DNA from: a virus
Virus record (IMG/VR): IMGVR_UViG_3300027509_000014
Length of the DNA: 64,000 nt
Strand: one strand, 5' to 3'
Positions within the stretch are counted from its first letter, which is position 1; each line of letters begins with the position of its first letter. The notes below the pieces were generated by a model. The model worked only from the letters and a program-made list of their open reading frames with translations. It had not been told where the DNA came from and did not search any database. The translations under genes were made by a program, and so were the position numbers. Shown here piece after piece: positions 37,012-46,679 of the stretch.

Positions 37012-37751
37012 CCCGCAATTCCCCTGATGCGTTCCAGCCTGTCTGATTTCGTTTGTGAGGCTTCACGGTATCTGTCGGCACCTACCTATCCCTAGGCTCT
37101 GCGGGCGATCTAGTAGGGCTATCCTGCTGGCTGTAACAAGCGATCTAGCCCACCGTGTCCCCTTGCTGTAGCTAGGCCAGCCATAGGACTAGATGCTTTG
37201 CAGTTTTCCTACGGTATTACCGCGCCAAACCTGTAAACCATGGGCTAGACTCTGGCCATGGCTACCAACGATGCTTGTAACTTCACGACCATACGCAAGT
37301 ATAGCGTGCGACCAGTGAGGGTAGTAGGTGCTAGCGCCACCCTATGGGCGGCGCGGCCCACCACTGCCACCGTGGCGCAGCTGGTCGACCACGTAGGCGC
37401 GGCGCACGTGGTCGAGCGGTACGACCCAGTGCTAGACCGATGGCGCCACGTCGAGACTGTGGGCCTAGCACGGTAACGCGTTCGCTCTTCTGCGAGACAA
37501 AAGTCTCTGGCGGGGCGCTATCATAGACCTCACCCAAAGTCAAGTCATGGACCGAAGGTCTCGTCTCTCTTTGTTGCCTCCGGGTCAATACCCATACATT
37601 TTCTGAGCACTTTTTCGATAATAAAAGAAGTGTCGGCTTCATTACACAACGGCGCCCAAGCTCTTTGGTAAAAATAATTTTTGAAAAAAATTTTCTATAT
37701 TTTTTGGAAGCCCTATTTGCACTGCAGTAAACTAAATGTTATAATATTTAA

Positions 37752-38144
37752 ATGGCAGTAAAGATACCTTATATAGTTGGCGAAAATAATACTACCGATA
37801 TGGTCGAAGGCGATCCTGACGATAGAAGCCTTGCCAGAATGGGCGGACTCAACCGCCAACGCAACGCTATGCTTGCGTCTCGTGAAACGATCCAAGGTCA
37901 ACTTATTGCCCAGCTTGAATTGGTTGCCAAGATATCTAACGAATTATCTGAGATACCCTCAGATAGTCCAGATCATCCCATAAAGGAGATGCGGGTCAAT
38001 CAGGCAAGGCGCAGGTTGGCAGAAATCGTAACAGATTTGGACGATTTAGAGTCTCGCATAGAGCAGTATCAAGAACAAATGCTGTCTATGGTGTCAATTC
38101 GTGAAACCGGCGAGATTGTCAATAAAGAAGAACTTGACGGATAA
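37752..38144 (+). CDS. coiled-coil hypothetical protein (leaderless)
   Basis: TTGCAC-N17-TATAAT-N6-ATG. Confidence 0.7.
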   Translation: MAVKIPYIVGENNTTDMVEGDPDDRSLARMGGLNRQRNAMLASRETIQGQLIAQLELVAKISNELSEIPSDSPDHPIKEMRVNQARRRLAEIVTDLDDLESRIEQYQEQMLSMVSIRETGEIVNKEELDG

Positions 38145-38162
38145 TGCCATAAACTAATGGCC

Positions 38163-39266
38163 TCACAGCTTAGTGCCGTCAGTAAAGTTGTCTAGAATAT
38201 CTTCTAGCTGATTAGCCATTGACTGCATGTCTATTAAGGTTTGCAACGGTGGGCCTTCACTAGCCAGCCACGTAGCCAAGGTCGCGACCAACGAGTGGTC
38301 TTTTCCGCTGCGGATTTCCAAGTACACAATCTTTTGTTCTGGGAATCTGATAGCTGATTGGGGAGTGGCTTCTCTGAGTCCAATTATATAGTCAGACTCA
38401 GGCTCTGAAATTAGGCCGTTGAGGCTTAGGTTATACCGAATGCCCAGTAACGTTTCTTCTTCTACCCCAAATCCCTTAAGCGCCGCAAGCGCCGCCTCTG
38501 GGGTAATTGCGCCTTCGGTGTTTCTTGGGCTACCGTATTCGTAAGCCCAAGGCTCTATTTTGTTAGAGTTGTAACCATTAGTATTTAAACCATCTTGAGA
38601 TCCAGGGTGCTCAGACTGAATATTATTGTGTCCATCATCTAACGATTCATCAGTCTCGCCGCCCATAAAGCCAAACGAAACGTCCATGAGCCTACCGCTG
38701 GGGTCATCAGCTCTAGGCTCTATTTGCAGAGCAAGAGGCTCCGTGGAAACCCGCTCGACATCGGAATCTAGTAATTGTATATCCATTGCTTCTTCTGTCT
38801 CCAATGTGGTTGCTCCCGCATTTCCTTCCTGAGTAATATTTCCGCTTTCCGCAACCACACCGAGGCTTCTCAAAAACCCAGCAATGCTTTTTGTCGGATT
38901 GGCTGTTGAGCATTCTAAATCTATTTCATCAAACTGATGAGGTTCCCCAAATTCAACAGTATGTAAAGGCTCTTCATTCGCTATCTTTTGCCATCTTGGA
39001 ATTTTGCCATCAATGTTACAGTTTGTAAAATCATAACTGGTGGGGCTATAGCCAAGTTTTGCAAGATGGTCTGCTCTTTGAGTTGCCCAAGAATAAACAA
39101 AGCTATAGTGCTTGATTTTGATATCTTTAAATTCTTCTTCTGTGGGTTCTCTTGATTTGAATATGCCGAACATGTGGCTCAGATCAAAAAGATATTCTTT
39201 AGTTACCTCAGAGACATAATTGATCAACCAGTTATTTATGTCTGCTTCTGCTTCATTTTCAATCAT
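38163..39266 (-). CDS. hypothetical acidic protein
   Basis: Long ORF; TTGACT-N17-TATCCT box ends 7 nt before ATG 39266. Confidence 0.7.
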   Translation of the reverse strand: MIENEAEADINNWLINYVSEVTKEYLFDLSHMFGIFKSREPTEEEFKDIKIKHYSFVYSWATQRADHLAKLGYSPTSYDFTNCNIDGKIPRWQKIANEEPLHTVEFGEPHQFDEIDLECSTANPTKSIAGFLRSLGVVAESGNITQEGNAGATTLETEEAMDIQLLDSDVERVSTEPLALQIEPRADDPSGRLMDVSFGFMGGETDESLDDGHNNIQSEHPGSQDGLNTNGYNSNKIEPWAYEYGSPRNTEGAITPEAALAALKGFGVEEETLLGIRYNLSLNGLISEPESDYIIGLREATPQSAIRFPEQKIVYLEIRSGKDHSLVATLATWLASEGPPLQTLIDMQSMANQLEDILDNFTDGTKL

Positions 39267-39518
39267 ATCAAATAGGATACACGACTTTAAGCAAAAAGTC
39301 AATAGCGGTTTAGTTCGTAGCTTAAGCGGGCGGACAAGATTCCAGGTTTTCTAAACGAGATTAATCCGCCCGCTTTTTATACCCAATGGTAAACATATAT
39401 TTATTAATCAACCTTCATGCACTTTCCATCTGTCAAACTTTGGTAAACTTGTTTTAAGTGGTACTCGCCGCAGTTTTACATCTGCGTTACGGCCACAAGT
39501 TGTAATAACCGAACCAGG

Positions 39519-42077
39519 ATGAGAACATTGGCAGCATATAACCTACCAGATGATCTTAGCGCTGTTGAGGCAGATGAGCTTGAGTCTTTCGAGACCATTA
39601 TTTTCATGGAGCTTACTCGCTTCCAGGAACAAACACTTGCCGACGCCGAAGCTGAGATTCCCCTAGAAACTATTCAATCACTGACTAATGACCTAAAGTC
39701 TGTCCGTGCTGAACTAGCAGCTAAGGCCGATAAAGTTGAAGTTGAGAAGGCGAAGGGTGAGATTCTGGCAGATGCCTTTGCTCTACTTGAGACCAACTCA
39801 GAAGAAACCACCACTGAAGTAGCCGCCGCTGCCGAAGTGGCTGAAGTCGCGCCGGAAGAGACCCTCCAGACCGAAGAGGCTCCCGCTGATGAAGTGACCG
39901 AACAGACACTGGAAACCGCAGCAGCCGTACTTGAACTTGAGGCAGTTGAGGCTCCGGCTGCTCAAAATGTTTACTTGACTGTAAACCTTGGCAAAGACGG
40001 TGACATCGAAACCCTTTCCACCCCTGCAGGCGCTCCTGCTGATGCAGAAGTGACTCAAGAGACAGTCACTGAAGAGGTCGCTGAGACTCTTGAAACTGAG
40101 CCTAAAAAGGCTGCTTCTGAAAAGCTAGCCGACGAAGGCGCTCCTGAGGCTGCTCCTGAGACTGCTCCTGAAACTGCTCCTGAGGCTGGAGCCGAAGAGG
40201 CTCTTTCCGAGGAATCAACTGTCGAAGAAGAGGTAGAGGCTCCCGTAGCCGACGAAGCTACTTCTGAAACTTTAGCAGACGAAGCCGCAACCGAGACCGA
40301 AGCTGTCGAAGGCAATAATGCCCAGGCTGCTGAAGAAACCGCAACCGAAGAGCTGGGCGATAAAACAGTCGCCACAGACGAGGCTGCACAAGAATCTCAG
40401 TCAGAGGAAGCTTTGACTGACGCTGATAGCACCGAAGGCGCAACCGCTGAAGATGTTACCAGTGAGGCCACCGAAGTCTTAGACGACGCCACGGCCACCG
40501 ACGAACAATCGGTAACTGATAATGAAACCCAAACAAACGCCGTGTCGTCAGACGAGGTGGAGGATATGACAGAAACTCTTAATTCCGAACTAGCGCCTAC
40601 CGAAGTCGTTGAACTTCCTGGTAACGCAACTATGAACCCAGCAGTTGACGGCATGAACTTTGCCGCCGCTGCGACAGGCGGAAGTATCAAGGACTACAGC
40701 GATGTAACCAAGATCTTCAGCTCTGCTTTTGAATCACTTGGTGGTAGTAACCAGTGGCGTGGAGTCCGTCAGGGCGCCAGCGACTTTATTCGCCTTGTGA
40801 CCGTAGAAGCCGATAACGCTCAGGATGTCCCAAGTCTTGGCCTAACCAACGAAGTCAACACTGCTGTTCTTGAACAAGTGGCTGACGACTTTGTCGCAAA
40901 GCGTAGCGAAGACCAGTATGGAGCGCTTGTTGCCTCTGGTGGCATCTGCGCTCCTTGTCCAATTGACTTCTCGCTCAACCGCATTGCGGTAGCGATGAAC
41001 CCAATTGAGTCTTCTCTTCCAGTTGTGCGTGCGCCTCGTGGCTGCTATGCCTACACTCGTAGAGTAAACTGGACTCAGGCTGCTCGTGAGGGCATAGCTG
41101 TCATCACGCCCGCTGACGACGCTGCTGGCTACGTCAGTACTCCTGCTCCAGACGGTCCTGGCCCAACGCCAGACAAGCCATGTGTCACCGTTCCTTGTCC
41201 AGACACCGACAAGAAGTGCTGCATCAAGGCCATCTGGTGGTGTATGCGAGTATCGAACTTCCAGCTAATCACCTGGCCAGAGCACATCGATGCTTTCCTT
41301 CAGGATCTGCTGGTTGCATTCGCTGCTGAAAAAGAGCAAACCTACCTATATGAGATCGACGCAGCTTCGGTTGTCCAGTTCTCTAACGCTGCTGGTTACA
41401 ACCTGCGCAGCAACCTTGAGTGGATCTTGCGCAACGCAATGATCAACTACCGTAAGTCAATGCACTTGCCTCTTGATGGTGGCGCTCGCATGACCGCTCT
41501 TATTCCTGACTGGCTTGTTGAAGCAGTAAAGCAGGACTACGCTAACTTCACTGGTGGCGCTGACAGCCTCAGCACCGCTGACGTTGATCGCTGGTTCCGC
41601 AATATTGGCAACATTGACCCAACGTACTACTACGACGGCATCGCATGTGGCGATCCGGCTGATATGATGGCCGAGTGTAAAGAGGACGGCGCTCCAGTTG
41701 CTGAATTCCCCTCACAGGCTTGCATCTACTTCTGGAACCCAGGCGATGTTATCCGCTTGTTCACCACTACTCTTGACTTTGGTATGGTCCGTGACCACAT
41801 CCTGAACTCAACTAACGATGTTATTATGGCCGCTGAGGAATTCACTTCTCTCTGCATCAAAGAGCCACCTTGCAAGATCGTATTCCCAGTATGCCCATCA
41901 GGCGCTCACCCACCTCGTGCGGCAGAGCCAGTCTGTGGCCATAATGGCGAAATTGATCCATTCGAAGAGCCAGAAGGTTATGGAAACATTCCATTCTGTG
42001 CTGAGCCTGAGCAAGACGGCCCTGGTTCGATCTGTAATGATCCCGCCATGTACAGCGACATTGTTTGCCCCGAGTAA
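39519..42077 (+). CDS. major capsid (hexamer-type) protein with long acidic N-terminal scaffold-like region
   Basis: LVASGGICAP motif of actinophage HK97-type capsids; FGMVRDHILNSTND; N-terminal 350 aa are E/A/T-rich. Confidence 0.8.
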   Translation: MRTLAAYNLPDDLSAVEADELESFETIIFMELTRFQEQTLADAEAEIPLETIQSLTNDLKSVRAELAAKADKVEVEKAKGEILADAFALLETNSEETTTEVAAAAEVAEVAPEETLQTEEAPADEVTEQTLETAAAVLELEAVEAPAAQNVYLTVNLGKDGDIETLSTPAGAPADAEVTQETVTEEVAETLETEPKKAASEKLADEGAPEAAPETAPETAPEAGAEEALSEESTVEEEVEAPVADEATSETLADEAATETEAVEGNNAQAAEETATEELGDKTVATDEAAQESQSEEALTDADSTEGATAEDVTSEATEVLDDATATDEQSVTDNETQTNAVSSDEVEDMTETLNSELAPTEVVELPGNATMNPAVDGMNFAAAATGGSIKDYSDVTKIFSSAFESLGGSNQWRGVRQGASDFIRLVTVEADNAQDVPSLGLTNEVNTAVLEQVADDFVAKRSEDQYGALVASGGICAPCPIDFSLNRIAVAMNPIESSLPVVRAPRGCYAYTRRVNWTQAAREGIAVITPADDAAGYVSTPAPDGPGPTPDKPCVTVPCPDTDKKCCIKAIWWCMRVSNFQLITWPEHIDAFLQDLLVAFAAEKEQTYLYEIDAASVVQFSNAAGYNLRSNLEWILRNAMINYRKSMHLPLDGGARMTALIPDWLVEAVKQDYANFTGGADSLSTADVDRWFRNIGNIDPTYYYDGIACGDPADMMAECKEDGAPVAEFPSQACIYFWNPGDVIRLFTTTLDFGMVRDHILNSTNDVIMAAEEFTSLCIKEPPCKIVFPVCPSGAHPPRAAEPVCGHNGEIDPFEEPEGYGNIPFCAEPEQDGPGSICNDPAMYSDIVCPE

Positions 42078-42090
42078 ACAAAGAACACAA

Positions 42091-42137
42091 TACCAGACGA
42101 GCGGAGCAATACTTGCGATAGCTCCGCTCGTCTGGTA
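42091..42137 (+). terminator. 17-bp hairpin between the two capsid genes
   Basis: TACCAGACGAGCGGAGC/GCTCCGCTCGTCTGGTA, weak U-tract. Confidence 0.75.
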
Positions 42138-42187
42138 TAATTTTAGCTAGGGTCTTTCCGCCCAGTTATCGAGAGAGGCCTCCAGAA

Positions 42188-43528
42188 ATGGAGGCTTTCT
42201 TATTTTTTGAAATTGAAACCAAGCAAGCAGGATTTTACATGACTCAACTAGATCTGCCAAATTTAAGCAGTATACTAAGACAAAGTGGCGGTCTGTGGAC
42301 AAGCGCCTATCACTTAGTCCACCCTGAAGGTTCAAACTTCAACAGCGTGGAGAACTTTTATGATGTGTCGACCATAATTCACAAAAACTTCGCTCCGCTT
42401 TCTGAGATCATAGAATCCCGAAAAGATTTTGAAGAATCAGGCGAAGGTACTCTTTCGACTAATGCGCCTAACTTAGTTCAATACAGCACTCCTTTCAATC
42501 CTACGCCACTAGCTGATGCTGCGGGAAGCACTAGCGACCTGAGAGGCAACACAGTTTATTTCTCAAGTCACTGCTCAGAGGGCAGCGGAATCTACAACCC
42601 CAAATGCTTTATTGGAGACCCGGATGCGGACTTGCCGGAGTGTCCCGATAAAAATTGTGGATGCGTAAAGCTTGACGAAGAGGGCAACCCCGTCGAGCCA
42701 CCTGAGCCAGATTGTGATGAGCCAGCTGAGCCGGGAGTGTCAACTAATGGCAATCAGCTGAGCCGAATTAAGGGCAACACAATATGCTCTACATTTGAAG
42801 AATTTTGTGTTCCTGTAATTTATCAAGGTGATCATCTTTCAACTTTCCAACTTTTGGGAAACCAAAGAAACCCCTGGGATATTGTCAGCGCTCAGCTTGT
42901 AAACAAAAGATCTAATGACATTGAGGGCATGCTAATCAACGGCGTTGGTCAGGTTGACTGTAATGGAGTGCCTACCTTTGGTGGTTTGGGTGGCGGGAAC
43001 ATCACCCAGCCAGGCTCTGTTAGCGTAATTGCCGGTGGCTGTGCTGTTGCACTTGAGTGTGGAATCAATCTTCTCGAAGAGGCTTTGGCTGGTTGTTTGG
43101 GTGGCGAAATAGGAATGATTCACTCTAGCCCTGCGCCATCGTTGGATTCATGCGATAAATTTTATACCGAAACAGTTGATTATGGCGATGGGATGGGTCC
43201 TAGGCTTATAACCAGAACCAAGACCAGAGGTAATATTCTTGTCACTGGCGGCGGCTACGATGGTGGCATAGGGCCAGATGGCTGTCCATGTAAACCAGGC
43301 GAGGCCTGGATGTATGGAACGGGCATGGTTCACCTGGTGTACGGACACCCCATGTACACACCCGATCGCCAAAACATCAATTTTAATGGCGAGATTATTG
43401 AAATTGGCGGGGCTGCCGGTGCTCCGACCACAAACGATATTTATGTTATTGCCGAACAAGCTATTGTTCCGGTCTATGAAAAATGCTGCATATTTGCGGT
43501 TAAGGTATCTCTTAAAAACTGCTACTAA
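42188..43528 (+). CDS. second capsid protein (pentamer/minor capsid type); alternative start 42239
   Basis: Directly after the MCP; C-terminal WMYGTGMV...TNDIYVIAEQ...CCIFAVKV as in cluster-B-like pentamer proteins. Confidence 0.65.
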   Translation: MEAFLFFEIETKQAGFYMTQLDLPNLSSILRQSGGLWTSAYHLVHPEGSNFNSVENFYDVSTIIHKNFAPLSEIIESRKDFEESGEGTLSTNAPNLVQYSTPFNPTPLADAAGSTSDLRGNTVYFSSHCSEGSGIYNPKCFIGDPDADLPECPDKNCGCVKLDEEGNPVEPPEPDCDEPAEPGVSTNGNQLSRIKGNTICSTFEEFCVPVIYQGDHLSTFQLLGNQRNPWDIVSAQLVNKRSNDIEGMLINGVGQVDCNGVPTFGGLGGGNITQPGSVSVIAGGCAVALECGINLLEEALAGCLGGEIGMIHSSPAPSLDSCDKFYTETVDYGDGMGPRLITRTKTRGNILVTGGGYDGGIGPDGCPCKPGEAWMYGTGMVHLVYGHPMYTPDRQNINFNGEIIEIGGAAGAPTTNDIYVIAEQAIVPVYEKCCIFAVKVSLKNCY

Positions 43529-43551
43529 ATTTACGATATAAGGATTTTAAA

Positions 43552-44382
43552 ATGAGTGAACTGCTGACTTTCCAAGATGGCTGCCCAGAAGATTTTATCA
43601 TGACCTATCCGGTCACTGATAATAATTTTCCACCGACCAAAGGCTCTCGTCTAGTAAGCCCTAGGATTGGTAAACCAAACGGATTAGCTAGGCCAACGTT
43701 TCCTGGCGAAGAGGGATTCGAAGAAGAGCTTACCGAGGTTTACTCTGCCAGATTTGCTGTTATGAAAGGTATAGTACCTGAGTGGATATTCGAACGTTAT
43801 GGTATTCAGGTAGAAATTACTGCACCGCTTGCACGTGAAGCAAGTTTTACAGCAGAATTGTTGGGCGTTAGCACGGCAGAGGCTTTGGCCGATTTGGTTC
43901 GCATGGATTCTCCTACCGATTTAGGCAGAGTGCTTATTCGTGAGCTGGCTAGTCAAGGCGCTCAGCTGAAAGAAGCCCCTGAAGGTCATGTAAACTTTTT
44001 GGAAATTCACTCAAAAAGCTTAGACACCTTGGGGCGGGCGCAAGCCGCTGCGCTAGAAGCCGCCTTTGAGGCAAAGTACTACTTCGGTCGCCCCCGCCCT
44101 GGTGCTGTGGCCAGAGATCGTGATCCAGCCCTTACTAGCGGCCTGTTTGCCCAATACCCTTGGCCTAATCACCCAGCATATCCTGCTGGTCACGGTGCGG
44201 CTGCTGGAGCTACTGTAGCTGCGCTCAACGAGGTATTTGAGCTATCATCTGAGCAGAAGGCGATGGTGCTTCATTCAGCGGCTCAGTTTGCTATGGCAAG
44301 GACCCTCTCGGGTATGCACTATACCTCAGACAATGAGAGTGGCTTCATCTTAGGATATTTAGCCGCTAAGTCCGCAATCTAA
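43552..44382 (+). CDS. PAP2/vanadium-haloperoxidase-fold phosphatase-like protein
   Basis: KYYFGRPRP, HPAYPAGH, RTLSGMHYTSD. Confidence 0.8.
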   Translation: MSELLTFQDGCPEDFIMTYPVTDNNFPPTKGSRLVSPRIGKPNGLARPTFPGEEGFEEELTEVYSARFAVMKGIVPEWIFERYGIQVEITAPLAREASFTAELLGVSTAEALADLVRMDSPTDLGRVLIRELASQGAQLKEAPEGHVNFLEIHSKSLDTLGRAQAAALEAAFEAKYYFGRPRPGAVARDRDPALTSGLFAQYPWPNHPAYPAGHGAAAGATVAALNEVFELSSEQKAMVLHSAAQFAMARTLSGMHYTSDNESGFILGYLAAKSAI

Positions 44383-44477
44383 ACACATTCGTTTCTTGAA
44401 TCGAGCGACTTGTCGTAGGGTCGTTCGATTCATCTATTTTGCAAAATCTACGACAACTACGACAAAGATTATTATTA

Positions 44478-45308
44478 ATGACTACGACGCGAAATCCATG
44501 CCCTACTATTGATTGCACTTATTCGGGAAAGCGGAGGAAGAGCGGGGAAATTGTTCCGTGTTCCCTTTGCACATATGGTAGGTGTATTAAGGACGATTGC
44601 ACCCGACCGGCTTCTGCATTTCACGGGTTTTGCGGACCTTGTCGAAGGGGTAGATGTAAGAAAGAGAAATGTAACGCGGAGGCCAGAAGCGCTTCGGGTC
44701 TCTGTAATAAGTGTTCATACGGAGTGTGTATAAGTTCAGATTGTTCTGGTTGGGCAAATGGTCCTCACGGAATGTGTGCTCTCTGTTATTATGGAGAATG
44801 TCAAACAGAAGACTGTTCAAGAAAAGCAGTATCTCCAAAAAAATTATGCCAATCATGCCTGCATGGAGTCTGTGTTTCCGAAAATTGTAATAGGATGGCT
44901 GATTGCTCAGAAGGGCTTTGTCATGGATGCACCATCAACAACAGGGCTTTGCCTTGCGTGACTTTAAATTGTAAAGGATTTGCCACTTCTACAAAAAATG
45001 GCTCACATTGCGTTAGCTGTTATAATATTTTTAAAAATTTAAAAAAATGGAAAACTCCTGAAGGCAAAATACAAAAAATAGTAGACAAGCACAGGGCTTC
45101 TACCCACTGCCCCATTTGTTTAAATAAGTTTGATTTAATTAATACCAACTGCCGCAAAGCCAAAGCCTTAGATCACTGTCATGAAGAGCTAATACCTAGA
45201 GGTACTATTTGTAAAGGCTGCAATATTGGGCTAGGTGGATTTTCTGATAATATAGATAATTTAGCTAGAGCGACCAAATATTTAAAAAATAAAGGAAACT
45301 TATTGTAA
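44478..45308 (+). CDS. endonuclease VII-family HNH nuclease with Cys-rich N-terminal repeats
   Basis: CPIC...LDHCH...RGTICKGCNIGLG...ATKYL; about 7 C-x4-C-x(9-10)-C-x2-C repeats. Confidence 0.85.
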   Translation: MTTTRNPCPTIDCTYSGKRRKSGEIVPCSLCTYGRCIKDDCTRPASAFHGFCGPCRRGRCKKEKCNAEARSASGLCNKCSYGVCISSDCSGWANGPHGMCALCYYGECQTEDCSRKAVSPKKLCQSCLHGVCVSENCNRMADCSEGLCHGCTINNRALPCVTLNCKGFATSTKNGSHCVSCYNIFKNLKKWKTPEGKIQKIVDKHRASTHCPICLNKFDLINTNCRKAKALDHCHEELIPRGTICKGCNIGLGGFSDNIDNLARATKYLKNKGNLL

Positions 45309-45364
45309 TACAATATAGCCGGATTTATGTTGGGATATGGGGCTGCGCTAGAAGTTATAGGCGA

Positions 45365-45775
45365 TTAAGCACTCGGCGGAGAGTAATTTAGCCCATAAGA
45401 ATCAGCTAAATTTTCTAATCTAAATTCGCCCCGCTGGCTTAAACCATTATCATCCCAACTACCTTGAACGTCATGAACTGATTGTAGACCAGACAATAAT
45501 TCTAGCCCCATCTTTTGCGAAAACTCTTTAGGAACTAAACGATCAAGTAGATCTGGATATTTTTTAGTTAGTGCATATACATTACCTATATAGTGTTGTC
45601 CGGAATGACCATCAGGAATTAGGCAACCAATGGCACACTTAAGTCCAGTTTCGTTCAAATAGAGGCACGTAGGGGGCATATGCAATCTATCATCTTTAAG
45701 CTCTGTGGTTGCAGATCTCTCGCCCTGGCTTCTAAGATGATTTACCACAAAGTCAAATGTTTCTTGTTTATTCAT
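45365..45775 (-). CDS. conserved phage hypothetical protein
   Basis: MNKQETFD.V.NHL..QG...C.Y...GLKCAIGCLIPD...LQSVHD pattern. Confidence 0.75.
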   Translation of the reverse strand: MNKQETFDFVVNHLRSQGERSATTELKDDRLHMPPTCLYLNETGLKCAIGCLIPDGHSGQHYIGNVYALTKKYPDLLDRLVPKEFSQKMGLELLSGLQSVHDVQGSWDDNGLSQRGEFRLENLADSYGLNYSPPSA

Positions 45776-46461
45776 TTAAACGAACCTGTTGTTAAGGCTT
45801 TCACAATAGTCTTAATAATTTTGTCGATCTCGTCTGTGTATTCTGGAATTAGGTTGGGATCAAAGTCCAAAGGGGGAGTCATAGAGCCAGGTCCGTCAAG
45901 CCTCTCTATGAATACCCGACCCTGCACGTGGTCAAACTCGTGTTGAAGTACATGGGCAAATAAGCCTGTGTAATATCCCCTAAATCGTTGAGGCCTTTCG
46001 TGCTTGGACCCCATTATAAAACCACTAGCTTCAACGCTTGGGTATCTCAAAGTCCTTGCTGGAAAGATATGTGGAAAAGAGAGACAGCCTTCAGTCCTTG
46101 TTTCCTTATCGCCAATATATTGTTCGATATTCAGATTTTGGATAAGTCCAGTTCGAGGCAAAGGTGTTTGAGGTGGCGATTGAGGCGTGCCCTCGGTTTC
46201 GAATAAACTTTCTTGATCAGCAATACCGTCTGGATAGTGTGATTTAAGATCATAAAACACTGCGTTAATATTAAAGCCCGTTTGCGGAGCCGCTACGGCA
46301 AAGCCGGGATGATCAGCCTCTTGGCAGTCTTCAAGCACGCCCTGCATCATGTCCCACAGTGCTACAAATACATGTTTGCTAGGATCTACATTTACCGAAC
46401 GAGAGTATAATTTTGGGTCTTCATAGCCAACAAGATTTTGGCTCAAGGGGTTGAGGATCAT
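45772..46461 (-). CDS. def: peptide deformylase
   Basis: GFAVAAPQTG, EGCLSF, QHEFDH motifs; true start ATG 46461, below the tRNA genes. Confidence 0.92.
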   Translation of the reverse strand: MILNPLSQNLVGYEDPKLYSRSVNVDPSKHVFVALWDMMQGVLEDCQEADHPGFAVAAPQTGFNINAVFYDLKSHYPDGIADQESLFETEGTPQSPPQTPLPRTGLIQNLNIEQYIGDKETRTEGCLSFPHIFPARTLRYPSVEASGFIMGSKHERPQRFRGYYTGLFAHVLQHEFDHVQGRVFIERLDGPGSMTPPLDFDPNLIPEYTDEIDKIIKTIVKALTTGSFK

Positions 46462-46507
46462 ATTTATGAGATTAGCACAGGTGCAGTGGCTTGTCAAGTT
46501 GATTGAG

Positions 46508-46588
46508 AGCGTGGAGGGGGATTCGAACCCCCGAAGCTTTCGCATGTGGGTTGCAACCACATCCCTTTGTCCGCTTAGGTATCCACGC
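46508..46588 (-). tRNA. tRNA-Cys(GCA) with extended variable arm
   Basis: Cloverleaf; loop TTGCAAC; U73; CCA not encoded. Confidence 0.88.
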
Positions 46589-46590
46589 GT

Positions 46591-46668
46591 TGGTAGCTCC
46601 CCTGGGACTCGAACCCAGACTGTCCACTGTTTGAAGGTGGTGCCTCCTGCCAATTGGGCTAGAGAGCC
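46591..46668 (-). tRNA. tRNA-Leu(CAA), short variable loop, CCA encoded
   Basis: Loop TTCAAAC; A73; T-loop TTCGAGT. Confidence 0.8.
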
Positions 46669-46679
46669 ATATAATTTTG

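Noticed and set aside
46462-46653. N-terminal extension of peptide deformylase in the ORF track
   Set aside because: It overlaps two tRNA genes; the promoter and ATG at 46461 give a normal-length enzyme.
46591-46668. Opal (UCA) suppressor or Sec tRNA reading
   Set aside because: Canonical arm lengths place CAA at 34-36; the UCA register breaks the anticodon stem.
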